Source: Gloeobacterales cyanobacterium (lineage in GTDB: Bacteria; Cyanobacteriota; Cyanobacteriia; Gloeobacterales; PMM-0068). Taken from it: 64,000 bases of DNA. Under the pieces are notes generated by a model. It searched no databases and was not told the DNA's origin. It was given only the letters and a program-made list of their open reading frames with translations. This document shows positions 10,187 to 21,866 of the stretch, one piece after another. A program made the position numbers and the translations under genes. Position 1 is the stretch's first letter. Every line of letters starts with the position of its first letter. The DNA lies in assembly GCA_038245785.1 (NCBI GenBank), contig JBBRSB010000002.1:192001-256000 (forward strand), written 5' to 3'.

Positions 10187-11179
10187 CTACTTCTTGGCAC
10201 CGACAGGGGTTTGACTTGTCAAGACTTCGTAGATAGCCCGCAGTTTGAGCCCCATGAGGACCTGGAAGAATCCAGTACCATCATTAGACCCTGGATAGTC
10301 CGTATGCTTCAGCAACAGAGAAGACAACTCGCCGTATTCTTTTTCTGAGGTGTTGAGCAATTTTTCTTCAACGTTGGGCGCATCTGCTGGTACAAACTCT
10401 CCATCAATCGATAGATAGGAAGAAGGAGATCCGTAGTAGTCCGTGCGTCCGTAGCAAAACGTGATTTCAGGGTGAGAATTGGGGAACTTAGGCCGCCAGC
10501 AGAGGTCTGCAATCGCAGGGTCGAAGATATAGGCAGGCTCGTAGTGAGGAATGCCGTCTTTCTGGACCATACGAGCCTTGACGACTTTGTTGCCGCCTTC
10601 TTTTTCGGGCAGGTCGCTGGGCAGAATCTCAAGAACGACATCCGCAAATTTTTTCTGGGGGTCGATATAAGCTTCAAAGTCGGGTTTACGGGAATTGATC
10701 GCTTGCATTACTTCTTCCCGAGTATGTCCCCGTTCTGCCATATCGCGCTGCATCTTCCACTGGATTTTAATCGTATTGCTCAGATCAAAGTAGACCTTGA
10801 AATCGAGGAGGTTGCGGACCCGCTCATCATAGAAAGGATGAAGTCCTTCCACCACGATGATGTGGTTCGGTTCGATAACCTCGGCCGGATCCAGCATGCC
10901 GGTTTCGTGATTATAAATAGGCTTGTCGATGGCCTGACCGCTCTTGAGCGCTTTTAGTTGCTCTGCCATCAAGTCAAAGTTATTGGCTCTGGGGTCCAAA
11001 GCCGTAATTCCAGTCTCTTTGCGCTGCTTACGGTCAAGGGAGTGGTAATCATCCAGGCAGATCACCGTGATCAGGGACTTGCTAAAGAGGTCTGATAAAC
11101 GACGCAAGAAGGTGGATTTTCCACAGCCGGAATCCCCGCCTACTCCAATCATCACAACCCGTTCCGGCTTACTAGTCAT
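10187..11179 (-). CDS. prk: Phosphoribulokinase
   Basis: [42 protein letters not shown]. Confidence 0.96.
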   Translation of the reverse strand: MTSKPERVVMIGVGGDSGCGKSTFLRRLSDLFSKSLITVICLDDYHSLDRKQRKETGITALDPRANNFDLMAEQLKALKSGQAIDKPIYNHETGMLDPAEVIEPNHIIVVEGLHPFYDERVRNLLDFKVYFDLSNTIKIQWKMQRDMAERGHTREEVMQAINSRKPDFEAYIDPQKKFADVVLEILPSDLPEKEGGNKVVKARMVQKDGIPHYEPAYIFDPAIADLCWRPKFPNSHPEITFCYGRTDYYGSPSSYLSIDGEFVPADAPNVEEKLLNTSEKEYGELSSLLLKHTDYPGSNDGTGFFQVLMGLKLRAIYEVLTSQTPVGAKK

Positions 11180-11676
11180 AAGGCTTGGTTCTCCAAACAG
11201 TCCAAAATAGAGGATACGCAGATAGTAAAAGAGCTAGCTCCAGATAAAACTGGGCATACTTCCCTTGATGCTACCAGAAGTTAACGCCATGGCCAGAGTC
11301 CCTAAAAGGAAGCTCTGCGTTCTGTTTCACAGCGACGGCCACAGTACCCTGCAGTCTACTAGTCGCGTCCTCATCATAGGACGAATTTCGAATATTCGAA
11401 GTACTTCCTTAAAAAAAGCCGAAGCTTATATTTTCTCTTCTACTTCAGATAGGCAAAATATTCTGGAAGAAATTCTGAGGTTCACCATGTTCAGCCTCCA
11501 GAGGCAATCTTTGATAGTCTGAAGAACCTGGACAGACCACCATAGGAGTATGCTAATACGTGCGCTAACCTGGCACCTACTGAGGCTGACGGTTATATTG
11601 GTGTATCCTGTTGTCTAATTAACAAACCGTCACAACCTTCAAATATCGCCCCTAAGTGCCTAGGAGAGGAGCTATC

Positions 11677-12564
11677 ATGGCCCAGACCGCAAGCAGCGTT
11701 GAAATTCCCGTCAATACATATCGCCCAAACGAACCTTTCGTGGGTAAGGCTGTAGAAGTTGAACGGTTAACCCCAGATGACTCCCCTAATGATGTACGGC
11801 ACATTGTGCTGGATCTTTCTCAGGGAAACTTAACCTATGTAGAGGGTCAGAGTATCGGCATCATCCCAATGGGAAACCAGGCCAGCGGCAAGCCCCACAA
11901 ACTACGTCTCTATTCCATTGCTTCTACCCGCACAGGGGACGAAGGTGGCGCTAGAACGGTTAGCCTCTGTGTCAAGCGAGTGGTGTACAAGAATGAAGCT
12001 GGTGAAACCATCAAAGGGGTCGCCTCCAACTATCTCTGTGACCTCGAAGTAGACCAAGACGTGATGATTACCGGACCTGTGGGAAAAAATTTCCTGCTGC
12101 CTGAGGACCCTACGACCAATTTAGTCCTCATTGCTACGGGTACGGGAATTGCTCCTTTCAGAGCCTTCTTGATCCACATTTTTCAAGAACTAGCGCAGCC
12201 TTGGACCGGAGAGGTTCATCTATTCTTTGGAGTCCAGACTTCTACTGACGTCCTATACGAAGATCTGTACGAAGAACTCAAGGCCAAGCACCCCAATTTC
12301 CATATCCATCTGGCCAAGTCCCGCGAAGAAAAAACAGCGGACGGCCAAAAGATGTATGTCCAAGGCCGGATTGCCGAAAAGGCTGACCAGCTCTGGGACC
12401 TAATGGCGAAGGGTAATACCTACACCTTTATCTGCGGTCTGCGCGGTATGGAAGATGGGATTGATGCAGTCTATAGCCCGCTTGCTGAGAAGCATGGCAA
12501 AGAGTGGCCGACGATGCAGTCTGAGTTGAAGCGGGCTGGATTCTGGCACGTAGAGACCTACTAA
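11677..12564 (+). CDS. petH: Ferredoxin-NADP+ reductase (short form)
   Basis: HKLRLYSIASTR, ATGTGIAPFR, CGLRGME, WHVETY; divergent from prk. Confidence 0.95.
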   Translation: MAQTASSVEIPVNTYRPNEPFVGKAVEVERLTPDDSPNDVRHIVLDLSQGNLTYVEGQSIGIIPMGNQASGKPHKLRLYSIASTRTGDEGGARTVSLCVKRVVYKNEAGETIKGVASNYLCDLEVDQDVMITGPVGKNFLLPEDPTTNLVLIATGTGIAPFRAFLIHIFQELAQPWTGEVHLFFGVQTSTDVLYEDLYEELKAKHPNFHIHLAKSREEKTADGQKMYVQGRIAEKADQLWDLMAKGNTYTFICGLRGMEDGIDAVYSPLAEKHGKEWPTMQSELKRAGFWHVETY

Positions 12565-12592
12565 ACTTCAGGTCTATCTAACAGGAACATTT

Positions 12593-13402
12593 ATGTCCGT
12601 TCCTATTGTGATGACCATTGCCGGATCGGATTCGGGTGGGGGTGCTGGGATACAAGCGGATTTGAAGACCTTTAGCTTTCTTCAAGTCCACGGAACCAGT
12701 GCCCTTACCTGCGTTACGGCCCAGAACACTCAGGGAGTCACTGCTGTTGTAACCCTAGCCCCTGAAGACGTAGTCCAACAGATTCAAACAGTTCGTGATG
12801 ATATGCCCGTGGCCGCTGCTAAGACAGGGATGCTGCTCAATCAAGGCATCATTGAAGCAGTAGCCAGAGCGCTAGAAGAAGATCCAATCACGCTACTGGT
12901 GGTAGATCCGGTGATGGTCTCCCGCACAGGAGCCGTGCTGCTCGAACCCGGAGCCATCCAAGCCCTGCGAGAACAAATTATTCCCAAGGCGTTCATCCTT
13001 ACGCCCAATCGCTATGAAGCCGAGCTGCTCAGTGGTCTCACGATTCAGTCTCTAGAAGATATGAAGCAGGCTGCTCAAAAAATATTTAGTTTAGGCTCCG
13101 GTACCCATGCCGTCCTTGTGAAAGGAGGCGGTCTACCAAATCTGCGCGGCACGGATCTTTGGTTCGATGGAGCTCAACCCCCCATCGTCCTTACTAGTCC
13201 GATGATAGAAACTCCCCATACCCACGGCACAGGCTGCACGCTCTCTGCTGCCATCACAGCCTACCTCGCCAAGGGAGCCCGCCCGCTTGAAGCAACCCAA
13301 CAGGCAAAGATTTACCTGACAAAAGCCCTAGAACATAGCCTTGCTATCGGCAAAGGCCAAGGTCCCGTCGGTCATTTTTGGGCATTGACTCTCCCTTCTT
13401 AG
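12593..13402 (+). CDS. thiD: Hydroxymethylpyrimidine/phosphomethylpyrimidine kinase
   Basis: [32 protein letters not shown]. Confidence 0.95.
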   Translation: MSVPIVMTIAGSDSGGGAGIQADLKTFSFLQVHGTSALTCVTAQNTQGVTAVVTLAPEDVVQQIQTVRDDMPVAAAKTGMLLNQGIIEAVARALEEDPITLLVVDPVMVSRTGAVLLEPGAIQALREQIIPKAFILTPNRYEAELLSGLTIQSLEDMKQAAQKIFSLGSGTHAVLVKGGGLPNLRGTDLWFDGAQPPIVLTSPMIETPHTHGTGCTLSAAITAYLAKGARPLEATQQAKIYLTKALEHSLAIGKGQGPVGHFWALTLPS

Positions 13403-13463
13403 GAATGTCTCCCGACGCCCCGAGTCGAAGGGAGCTGTCTCCTAGGAACTGAGGGTTGAGGAT

Positions 13464-14882
<1,419 letters not shown>

Positions 14883-14947
14883 TCAACGAAATTTCTAGCA
14901 GCGGGTGACCTGTAGGTCTTTGGGACCTCTAAGGTTCTTAGAGCCTC

Positions 14948-15781
14948 TTAAACCAAGGCAGGGACTTGAGGATTCAGGTAGAAGTCAGACAACAAGGAGA
15001 ACAATTCCCGGTCTGGTTTTTCCTGGGGGACGATTCCTTCAGGCATAGAGAGGAGATGGTCTGCGATGTTCAAGTAGTACTGGCAGACGGGCTCTACGCT
15101 GGGGTCTGTTTCCGCCAACTCAAAAATGGTTTTGCCTTTGACGCGGGAGATCCGGATATCTTCCACGAGCGGCAAGACTTCTAGGATGGGCATCGGCACC
15201 GCTTCTACATATTTATCAATCAAATCTCGCTTAGAGGTACGGTTGCCCACAAGACCAGCTAGACGCAGGGGATGGGTACGCGCTTTCTCCCGGCAAGAAG
15301 CGGCAATCCGATTGGCCGCAAACAGGGCATCAAAGCCGTTGTCCGTAATGATGACGCAATAGTCAGAATAGTTGAGAGGCGCGGCGAATCCACCGCAGAC
15401 CACGTCCCCAAGGACGTCAAACAAAATAATATCAAACTCTTCAAAGGCTCTCAGCTCTTTTAGTAGTTTCATCGTCTCGCCGACTACATAGCCACCACAG
15501 CCTGCACCCGCAGGAGGACCGCCTGCTTCTACACAGTGGACACCGCCGTAGCCTTTGTAGATGACATCTTCTGCCCACACGTCTTCGTAGTGGTAATCCT
15601 TCTCTTCCAGGGTGTCGATAATGGTAGGGATTAGGAAACCAGTCAGAGCAAATGTGCTGTCGTGCTTAGGGTCACATCCGATTTGTAATACGCGCTTCCC
15701 GCGCTTAGCCAAAGCTACAGAGATGTTGCAGCTCGTTGTGGATTTGCCGATACCACCCTTGCCGTAGATCGATAGTTTCAC
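14948..15781 (-). CDS. chlL: Light-independent protochlorophyllide reductase iron protein L
   Basis: [35 protein letters not shown]. Confidence 0.97.
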   Translation of the reverse strand: MKLSIYGKGGIGKSTTSCNISVALAKRGKRVLQIGCDPKHDSTFALTGFLIPTIIDTLEEKDYHYEDVWAEDVIYKGYGGVHCVEAGGPPAGAGCGGYVVGETMKLLKELRAFEEFDIILFDVLGDVVCGGFAAPLNYSDYCVIITDNGFDALFAANRIAASCREKARTHPLRLAGLVGNRTSKRDLIDKYVEAVPMPILEVLPLVEDIRISRVKGKTIFELAETDPSVEPVCQYYLNIADHLLSMPEGIVPQEKPDRELFSLLSDFYLNPQVPALV

Positions 15782-16172
15782 TGTTTTCTCCTGAGTGGGT
15801 ACCTTTCGACACGTAACGGAAGCAACATCTGCTCCCTTTATTCCTGCAATCGGTAGATTGAATCTCCTGGAATTATACAGTTAGTTAATTAATCCTCAAC
15901 GAAACCCAGAATATCCTTCCGAAGGGCAACCTGGATGGATGCAGACGTTATCAGAAGAGCGTTCCAAGGATGTAAAAAGAATTTTTATTCTTTGAAAGAA
16001 AGATTAAGGTTTCAGTTATTTTGTTAAGCTATATTTACAAAGATGTATATGAATGGATCCAGAGCTATTCAGGCGAATCTCATAGGGCATCCCGAAAATC
16101 ACCGATGAAGAGTTTATATTTCCACTTGCGCCAACATCAACTTGTGATGCAAACTTTTATGAAGTGCTTTAG

Positions 16173-16838
16173 ATGAACTTAGTGGACCCTTCAGAATCCT
16201 ATAGCCTCTTGGGCGTTTCGCCAGGGGCTAGTTTAGACACAATTAAGCAGGCTTACCGAAGGCTAGCAAGGCAATATCACCCGGATGTGGCGGGTGAACA
16301 GTCTAAGGAGCGCTTCCAACAGGTCAATGAGGCTTATCGAGTCCTTTGCACATGGACTCAAGAAGTGCAGCAAGCCCCTCCTACCCCGTCATCCAAGCCT
16401 CAGCCGCAAACACCAACCAAGTCGGCTCCGGCCTCTATCCGGATGGAGGTCAAAAGGGCTCCATCCTCACCATCTTCTCCCTTGACGCCCAAGCCTATGC
16501 CAGCACCGAATGCGCAAGCGAGAAAGCTCTCTGGTCCTGAACAGCAAGATTTTGAGAAAAGAGTGTTTTACCTTAAAAAAGCGCTGAAGAGCAGAGACTG
16601 GGTCTATGCTTTGTCTCAGGCCGAGAGCCTATTCGACACTTTGCCTGGTTATCCGGAAGCTATACACCTTTTGGCCATTACCTATCAGCGTCGGGGGAAT
16701 GCCCTGATTATCGAGAAAAAATACTCTCAAGCTCGTGCCTATCTGGCAAAGGCGCTACAAACCGAACCCAACAATAAAGCCTTAGCTTTTGAGATTGAGC
16801 GTGACTTACAGCGGATTAGCCAATCTTCGCAGGGTTGA
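16173..16838 (+). CDS. J-domain protein with C-terminal TPR
   Basis: IKQAYRRLARQYHPD, Pro-rich linker, TPR-like end. Confidence 0.85.
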   Translation: MNLVDPSESYSLLGVSPGASLDTIKQAYRRLARQYHPDVAGEQSKERFQQVNEAYRVLCTWTQEVQQAPPTPSSKPQPQTPTKSAPASIRMEVKRAPSSPSSPLTPKPMPAPNAQARKLSGPEQQDFEKRVFYLKKALKSRDWVYALSQAESLFDTLPGYPEAIHLLAITYQRRGNALIIEKKYSQARAYLAKALQTEPNNKALAFEIERDLQRISQSSQG

Positions 16839-16844
16839 CCCTAC

Positions 16845-16882
16845 AAAAAACTGCCTCCCACATAATCGTGAGAGGCATTTTT
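16845..16882. terminator. Bidirectional terminator
   Basis: A-run, hairpin TGCCTCCCAC...GTGAGAGGCA, T-run between convergent genes. Confidence 0.65.
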
Positions 16883-16897
16883 AAAAGACCTTGAACC

Positions 16898-17536
16898 TTA
16901 TTTATTGGGTTGAGGGGTCAGGCGCAGATAGGGCTTGACGGCCTTGTATCCTTTAGGGAACTTCGCTTTCAGTTCTTCGGGATCTGTAATCGAAGGCACA
17001 ATCACGCAATCATCTCCATCCTTCCAGTTGACTGGAGTCGCCACACTATAGTCATCCGTGAGCTGCAAGGAGTCGATAACCCGCAAAATCTCTGTAAAGT
17101 TGCGGCCCGTGCTGGCTGGATAGGTCAAGATTAGACGGAGCTTTTTCTGGGGGTCAACGATGAAGACCGAACGAACCGTTAAGGTGTTGTTGGCATTGGG
17201 ATGAATCATATCGTAGAGGTCGGAAACCTTACGGTCTGGGTCTGCCAGAATTGGATAGTTCAAAGCAGAGCCTTGAGTTTCTTGAATATCACCCACCCAG
17301 CCCTTATGAGATTCAACATCATCCACGCTGAGGGCGATGGGTTTGATATTGCGTTGGTCAAATTCTGGCTTGAGGCGAGCTACTTCTCCCAGCTCTGTGG
17401 TGCATACGGGAGTGAAGTCTTTCGGGTGAGAAAACAAAATAGCCCACTTATCGCCCATCCAATCGTAAAAATGAATAGGTCCATCTGTAGAATCTTGGGT
17501 GAAATCAGGCGCATTATCGCCTAAACGAAGAGTCAT
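16898..17536 (-). CDS. 1-Cys peroxiredoxin (Prx6 type)
   Basis: FSHPKDFTPVCTTELG, YPASTGRNF. Confidence 0.95.
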   Translation of the reverse strand: MTLRLGDNAPDFTQDSTDGPIHFYDWMGDKWAILFSHPKDFTPVCTTELGEVARLKPEFDQRNIKPIALSVDDVESHKGWVGDIQETQGSALNYPILADPDRKVSDLYDMIHPNANNTLTVRSVFIVDPQKKLRLILTYPASTGRNFTEILRVIDSLQLTDDYSVATPVNWKDGDDCVIVPSITDPEELKAKFPKGYKAVKPYLRLTPQPNK

Positions 17537-17702
17537 GTCCTAGTTCTCCTGCGGTCACAACGGCTTTTTCCGCATACTTAATATACACTGCGGGTTAACA
17601 ATACACCCTCTTTCCTATAGGGCTTTAGTGGAATAAGAAAGCTTTAATATTGGCAGCTGATTGGCAGCTCGTAGGTAGTCCTGCTATATTGTTTAAGCCT
17701 GA

Positions 17703-17779
17703 GGGCGTATAGCTCAGTTGGCTAGAGCGCATCGTTGACATCGATGAGGTCACTGGTTCGAGCCCAGTTATGCCCACCA
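17703..17779 (+). tRNA. trnV: tRNA-Val(GAC)
   Basis: Cloverleaf; anticodon stem CATCG-TTGACAT-CGATG; GGTTCGAG T-loop; encoded CCA. Confidence 0.95.
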
Positions 17780-17782
17780 TTT

Positions 17783-17808
17783 AAAAACCCGCTATCCAGG
17801 CGGGTTTT
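17783..17808. terminator. Intrinsic terminator after tRNA-Val
   Basis: AAAAACCCGC-tatccag-GCGGGTTTT. Confidence 0.8.
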
Positions 17809-17832
17809 GTTGTATCTAGAGGACTCCTGTGG

Positions 17833-18288
17833 CTACGCCAGTGTGGTGGAGCCGTTGAAATAGTCCTGAAGTTGGCGCTCATGGTCGTGGGTGAGGGTAT
17901 GTATGAGTAAGGATTCTGGAGAGAATGCTTGCACATCCAACACTTCCATGGGGTCTTTTACAGACATTACTCCTGCTACTTCCACTTCCACAACAATGCA
18001 AATAGAATGGACCCGGCCATCTCGCTCTGGTGATGAATACACCCCAACCAGACGGCGGATTTTTTCAACCTTCAAACCAGTCTCTTCTTCTATCTCCCGG
18101 TGAACGGTGGTTGGAATGTCTTCACCCCAGTCCACCATCCCTCCTGGCAATCCCCACTTGCCACTATCTCTCCGTTGAATCAGCACAATCCGACCATCAG
18201 GGAGAATTGGAATAATATTAGTACCCGTAACCGGATGACGGAAGAGGAAGCCCAACACAGATTGCCCAAAGTGCCATAAACGATGCAT
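17833..18288 (-). CDS. NUDIX hydrolase
   Basis: Nudix box GGMVDWGEDIPTTVHREIEEETGL. Confidence 0.92.
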   Translation of the reverse strand: MHRLWHFGQSVLGFLFRHPVTGTNIIPILPDGRIVLIQRRDSGKWGLPGGMVDWGEDIPTTVHREIEEETGLKVEKIRRLVGVYSSPERDGRVHSICIVVEVEVAGVMSVKDPMEVLDVQAFSPESLLIHTLTHDHERQLQDYFNGSTTLA

Positions 18289-18402
18289 AAATTCAAAGAG
18301 CCATAGAAGAACTATTAAAACGGTGTGGATAAAAGTGGTTTCATCACTTAGTCAAGTGTAGAACAATCTTTATTGCAAGGTTTGTGCTGCACGAATGGAC
18401 GT

Positions 18403-19878
18403 TTAATTTTGAACTTGTTGAGCCGATAAGTTTTTTTCTTCTGCTAAAGCTTTAAATTGCTCCTCAGTTAGCCGCCCAGCATCATGAAGTGTCTCAGCAA
18501 TTTCAGGAATGGTTAATACGGCATGCCCGCGATAGCCATTTTCTTGGAGTATATCTTTCGCTCCTTGCTGATGGTCGATGAATACTACGAGGTCATGGAC
18601 CTTTAGGCCAACTGATTTGAGCTTTTCTGCTCCTTCCATGACGCTTTTCCCCGTAATCAGAATATCGTCGATTACGACAACTGTTTCTCCCTCCCGATAA
18701 TTCCCTTCAACCAAGCGACGACCGGCATAGGATTTGACTTCCTTCCTTGGGAAAATCATTGGACAGCCAAGGCGCAGGGCTAAGCCTGTCGCTATCGGCA
18801 AAGAACCATAGGGAATGCCTGCAATTCGGTCAAACTCAAGATCTTTCAAAATATCGGCATAAGCACTAAGAATTTGGTGAAAAATCTGGGGAGTCGAGAC
18901 GATTTTGCGCAGGTCAATGTAATAGGGCAAGGTCTTTCCAGAAGCTTTTATATGGTCACCAAAGGTGATGCAACCAAGGTCATAAAGCTGGAGAATTAAA
19001 TCTCTATGAGACTGCTTATCTAGAAAACAGACATTCGACATCCATACCGAACAGGCAGGATTTCCATTAACAATCTCACGTCTTTCGTGATTAATCACTT
19101 CTCGCAAAACCTTGATCGATTCTGCTGGATCTTCACTATTTAAAAGGTTTTGCGGTACAGGAAGGATCAGTCCATCTCCACTCGCCGTCAAACCAGCAGC
19201 TAATATCTGGGCAAGATTACTGTCATCGGCCCAAATAGTAGGAGCCAAAATAATTCTTTCTGGAGCTATCTTTCGAATGCGCGCCAGAACTTCAGGTACC
19301 ACTGCCCCTACTTCAAAGGCCAACTGTTCTGGCGTTCCCCAGGTTTTAGCTTCTTTGGCTATCTGTAAATAGAGAGGAGATTCTAAAGTCGGATACTCTT
19401 GCACAACAGCAGCAGAAGGATTAGCAGTCGTGCACAAGATAAAGACAGCTTTCTCTAAATAAACCAAAAAAGGAGCTACCTGATCCTGTCCAGCATAGGG
19501 AATCAGTGTTACTGCGTCTACGCGACCATTGAGAAAAACTGTCCCAGCAAAGACTGTGGCCGTTTCAAGGTCTCCATGTTTTGCATCTAGAATAATCGGA
19601 ATATGAATAGGGATAGAGACCAAGGTCTTACGCAACAGCTCTAAGCCTGGAGGTCCTAGAGCCCTATAAAATTCTAGCGTTGGCTTGTAGGCACATACTA
19701 AATCCTTAGTCTGGGCAATCAGGTATTGCAGCCATTCATCCAAACAAGTCAGGAGACCACGGTTCGTCTTCATAGAACTATAACGAGCAGGTAGTATCTC
19801 AGGGTTAGGATCGAGTCCTACACACAGCAGACTCTGGTTGCGTTCGACAGCATTGTTGAGCTTATCAAGAAAGTTCAC
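18403..19878 (-). CDS. Bifunctional OMP decarboxylase / orotate phosphoribosyltransferase
   Basis: LCVGLDP and DAKHGD in the N-domain; SGKTLPYYIDLR and VVVIDDILITGKS PRTase motif in the C-domain. Confidence 0.9.
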   Translation of the reverse strand: MNFLDKLNNAVERNQSLLCVGLDPNPEILPARYSSMKTNRGLLTCLDEWLQYLIAQTKDLVCAYKPTLEFYRALGPPGLELLRKTLVSIPIHIPIILDAKHGDLETATVFAGTVFLNGRVDAVTLIPYAGQDQVAPFLVYLEKAVFILCTTANPSAAVVQEYPTLESPLYLQIAKEAKTWGTPEQLAFEVGAVVPEVLARIRKIAPERIILAPTIWADDSNLAQILAAGLTASGDGLILPVPQNLLNSEDPAESIKVLREVINHERREIVNGNPACSVWMSNVCFLDKQSHRDLILQLYDLGCITFGDHIKASGKTLPYYIDLRKIVSTPQIFHQILSAYADILKDLEFDRIAGIPYGSLPIATGLALRLGCPMIFPRKEVKSYAGRRLVEGNYREGETVVVIDDILITGKSVMEGAEKLKSVGLKVHDLVVFIDHQQGAKDILQENGYRGHAVLTIPEIAETLHDAGRLTEEQFKALAEEKNLSAQQVQN

Positions 19879-19892
19879 TTTTCGACCGTTGC

Positions 19893-20030
19893 TTAAGAAG
19901 CTTCTGCCTGGAATTCTTCTACCCTAGCCCACTGCACCGCACATTCTTTAGAACCAGCCCTTTGTGCTTCACAAATCGTACAGGCTTCTTCCATCGCTTT
20001 TTGACTTTCCTCTGTGTTCAATTCCAAGGG
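19893..20030 (-). pseudogene. Truncated CP12-like fragment
   Basis: AMEEACTICEAQRAGSKECAVQWARVEEFQAEAS matches the CP12 N-terminal Cys pair and AWDxVEE core; no C-terminal Cys pair. Confidence 0.6.
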
Positions 20031-20255
20031 TGTATTACAGTTAGGAAGTCCTAGAGACCTATGTGGAAATTTACCAGCAGGAAGGTCGTGCCCTGCCTCC
20101 CGCGCTTGTCCTTCAACTTGCGTAAAACTAGGCTTTATAGGCAGCAGCGCGATTAGCTCAATCATGAGGACGCGACATATAGGATAGAGCACACATCTAA
20201 AAAAGCCACTTTAGCAGGTGTCCAGTGAAAGTATCATGGGATATAGGTTTGAAAG

Positions 20256-20302
20256 ATTTAGGCGGCACCCAGATTCGAACTGGGGGTAAAGGATTTGCAG
20301 TC
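20256..20302 (-). repeat. att site: 47-bp copy of the tRNA-Cys 3' end
   Basis: ATTTAGGCGGCACCCAGATTCGAACTGGGGGTAAAGGATTTGCAGTC is identical to 37012-37058. Confidence 0.93.
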
Positions 20303-20312
20303 TTGTCTCTGC

Positions 20313-20336
20313 TCCCTTCGACTCCGCTCAGGGAGC
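20313..20336 (+). repeat. 24-nt hairpin dispersed repeat, copy 1
   Basis: TCCCTTCGACTCCGCTCAGGGAGC, 10 nt from the att repeat. Confidence 0.8.
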
Positions 20337-20378
20337 AGATTTCAGAAAGAGTCAAAGGCACCGTCTACTAATTTTCTA

Positions 20379-20792
20379 CTAATTCAGGATTTGAACATCA
20401 GGGTAGACAAGGATTTTTCGGTCAGCCGTTAACAACGGGCAACTATGAATTCTGGCTGTAGCCACAATAATTTGGTCTGCTGGGTCATTGTGAAAGCCAA
20501 CTAATTTGGTTGACTCAACCACAATGGGAAGCGTTAAATCGAGCAACTGCACCCCTGGGTAGGCCAAAGCACCTACAAGCCAATCATCAATGGAAACAGG
20601 CAAAGTGAGGCGGCCTTTTTCAACTAACTTGGCAACTTCCCAGCAGGAGAAGATGCTGACTCCCAATCCCTGTGTCCCCTGAGCAGAGTCGAAGGGAGAC
20701 TGATATTGTTGAAGCCATTGTTGATGTTGTTGGGTCAGTCTTGCATCTCCCTGTACCCACCAAACCCAGATATGCGTATCAAGGACAATCAC
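20379..20792 (-). CDS. PIN/VapC toxin with in-frame 24-nt insertion
   Basis: IVLDTHIWVWW, SCWEVAKL, HNDPADQIIVATA, LLTAD; GTG start overlaps the antitoxin stop. Confidence 0.88.
   Translation of the reverse strand: MIVLDTHIWVWWVQGDARLTQQHQQWLQQYQSPFDSAQGTQGLGVSIFSCWEVAKLVEKGRLTLPVSIDDWLVGALAYPGVQLLDLTLPIVVESTKLVGFHNDPADQIIVATARIHSCPLLTADRKILVYPDVQILN
20674..20697 (-). repeat. 24-nt hairpin dispersed repeat, copy 2 (in PIN gene)
   Basis: TCCCTTCGACTCTGCTCAGGGGAC, reading PFDSAQGT. Confidence 0.8.
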
Positions 20793-21034
20793 TGCAACAC
20801 TTCCCACTCCTCCGGAGGGACAGCTGGTTCGAAAGGGCCTTCATAGTGGTATGGCTGCTTGCCACGCAGTGGATACAAAGTGGACTCTAACTGATTCGCT
20901 AGCACTTTTTCTGGCAAGGTACTGGGACGCTCCAGAATAATTATTTCAACGGCATCCCCGGCATGAAATGGTAAATCTCGCAAAATCAAAGTACCGTCTT
21001 CCGCCAAAATTGTTTCCACCTTGTGCGCATTCAT
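20789..21034 (-). CDS. Putative antitoxin of the PIN toxin
   Basis: 81 aa, EDGTLILRDLPFHAGDAVEIIILE; translationally coupled to the PIN gene. Confidence 0.75.
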   Translation of the reverse strand: MNAHKVETILAEDGTLILRDLPFHAGDAVEIIILERPSTLPEKVLANQLESTLYPLRGKQPYHYEGPFEPAVPPEEWEVLQ

Positions 21035-21301
21035 GGCTAGATTCCCTCAATCTGCGGTGACATACTCCTACAGTGTAGGCTTCTCTCGGCTTCGTCTGCC
21101 AGACACGCCTACCGGAAACAGTGACGGTTAGCGATTTTGGGACAATAGAGTTGAACGCTTTGAGACTGATTTTCTGAGCTTACAGGCTAGGCTGGATTGT
21201 CGGGGCATCAATCTGTTGTGGCAAGTCGATGTGTCCGTTGTTTTTGACAAAAGAATTTCCGTAGCCAGAAGTGTTCGTCTCCATTGCGTGCAACAAGTAA
21301 A

Positions 21302-21320
21302 TGAGATACAACGTATCTCA
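21302..21320. promoter_or_regulatory. TA operator palindrome
   Basis: TGAGATAC-aac-GTATCTCA just upstream of the antitoxin gene. Confidence 0.7.
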
Positions 21321-21340
21321 ACCAATAAAAAGAGGTCGCT

Positions 21341-21640
21341 ATGGCTACCCGTTCGACAAGCTCAGGGACCACTACGATGGTTCACGTACGCGTGGACGAA
21401 CGATTGAAGATGCAGGCTACTGAAACGCTTGCTGCGATGGGGTTGTCTGTCTCCGATGCAGTGCGTGTGTTCCTGATGCGCGTCGTCGCCGAGAAACAGC
21501 TCCCGTTCACGCTCAAGGTGCCGAACACCGAAACGCTCGCTGCAATAGAAGAGGCCGACGAGATTATACGGACGCGCCGCACTCGCTTTGCTAATGCCGT
21601 TGAACTGTTCGATGACCTCGAAAAAAACAGCGGCAAGTAA
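21341..21640 (+). CDS. RelB/DinJ-family antitoxin
   Basis: MVHVRVDERLK..LAAMGLSVSDAVRVFL..LPF..PNTETLAAIEEA. Confidence 0.9.
   Translation: MATRSTSSGTTTMVHVRVDERLKMQATETLAAMGLSVSDAVRVFLMRVVAEKQLPFTLKVPNTETLAAIEEADEIIRTRRTRFANAVELFDDLEKNSGK
21347..21370 (+). repeat. 24-nt hairpin dispersed repeat, copy 3 (in antitoxin)
   Basis: ACCCGTTCGACAAGCTCAGGGACC, reading TRSTSSGT. Confidence 0.75.
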
Positions 21641-21845
21641 GCGCGCTACCCTTCGACAAGATTTAGGGGCCACTCTGCTGCGTGCTTCGGATTATACAAA
21701 GTCTTTCCTCAAGGACTGGTGGCCCCTGTAAGCGCAGCTCATGTGCTTGGTCGGGAGCGGTTGTCACGTGCTGGACGGTACGACATGAACCGGGCAAAGG
21801 GCTCATGCTTATCGCCAACAATGGCCCGCTTGGACCTAAGCAGCT
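21612..21845 (+). pseudogene. YafQ-family toxin pseudogene
   Basis: MTSKKTAASKRAT..RASDYTKSFLKDW, then a stop inside an insert, then ERLSRAGRYDMNR and MLIANNGPLGP in shifted frames; 3' end missing. Confidence 0.75.
21648..21671 (+). repeat. 24-nt hairpin dispersed repeat, copy 4 (in yafQ-like gene)
   Basis: ACCCTTCGACAAGATTTAGGGGCC, in frame. Confidence 0.7.
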
Positions 21846-21866
21846 AACGAACAAGCTAACTTTGTT

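Noticed and set aside
13408..13433. Possible eighth copy of the 24-nt element (CTCCCTTCGACTCGGGGCGTCGGGAGA on the minus strand)
   Set aside because: Only the left half matches; it may just be a terminator hairpin between convergent thiD and chlN.
20256..20302. Second tRNA-Cys gene
   Set aside because: Only the 3' half is present (no D-arm or 5' acceptor strand); it is an att repeat.
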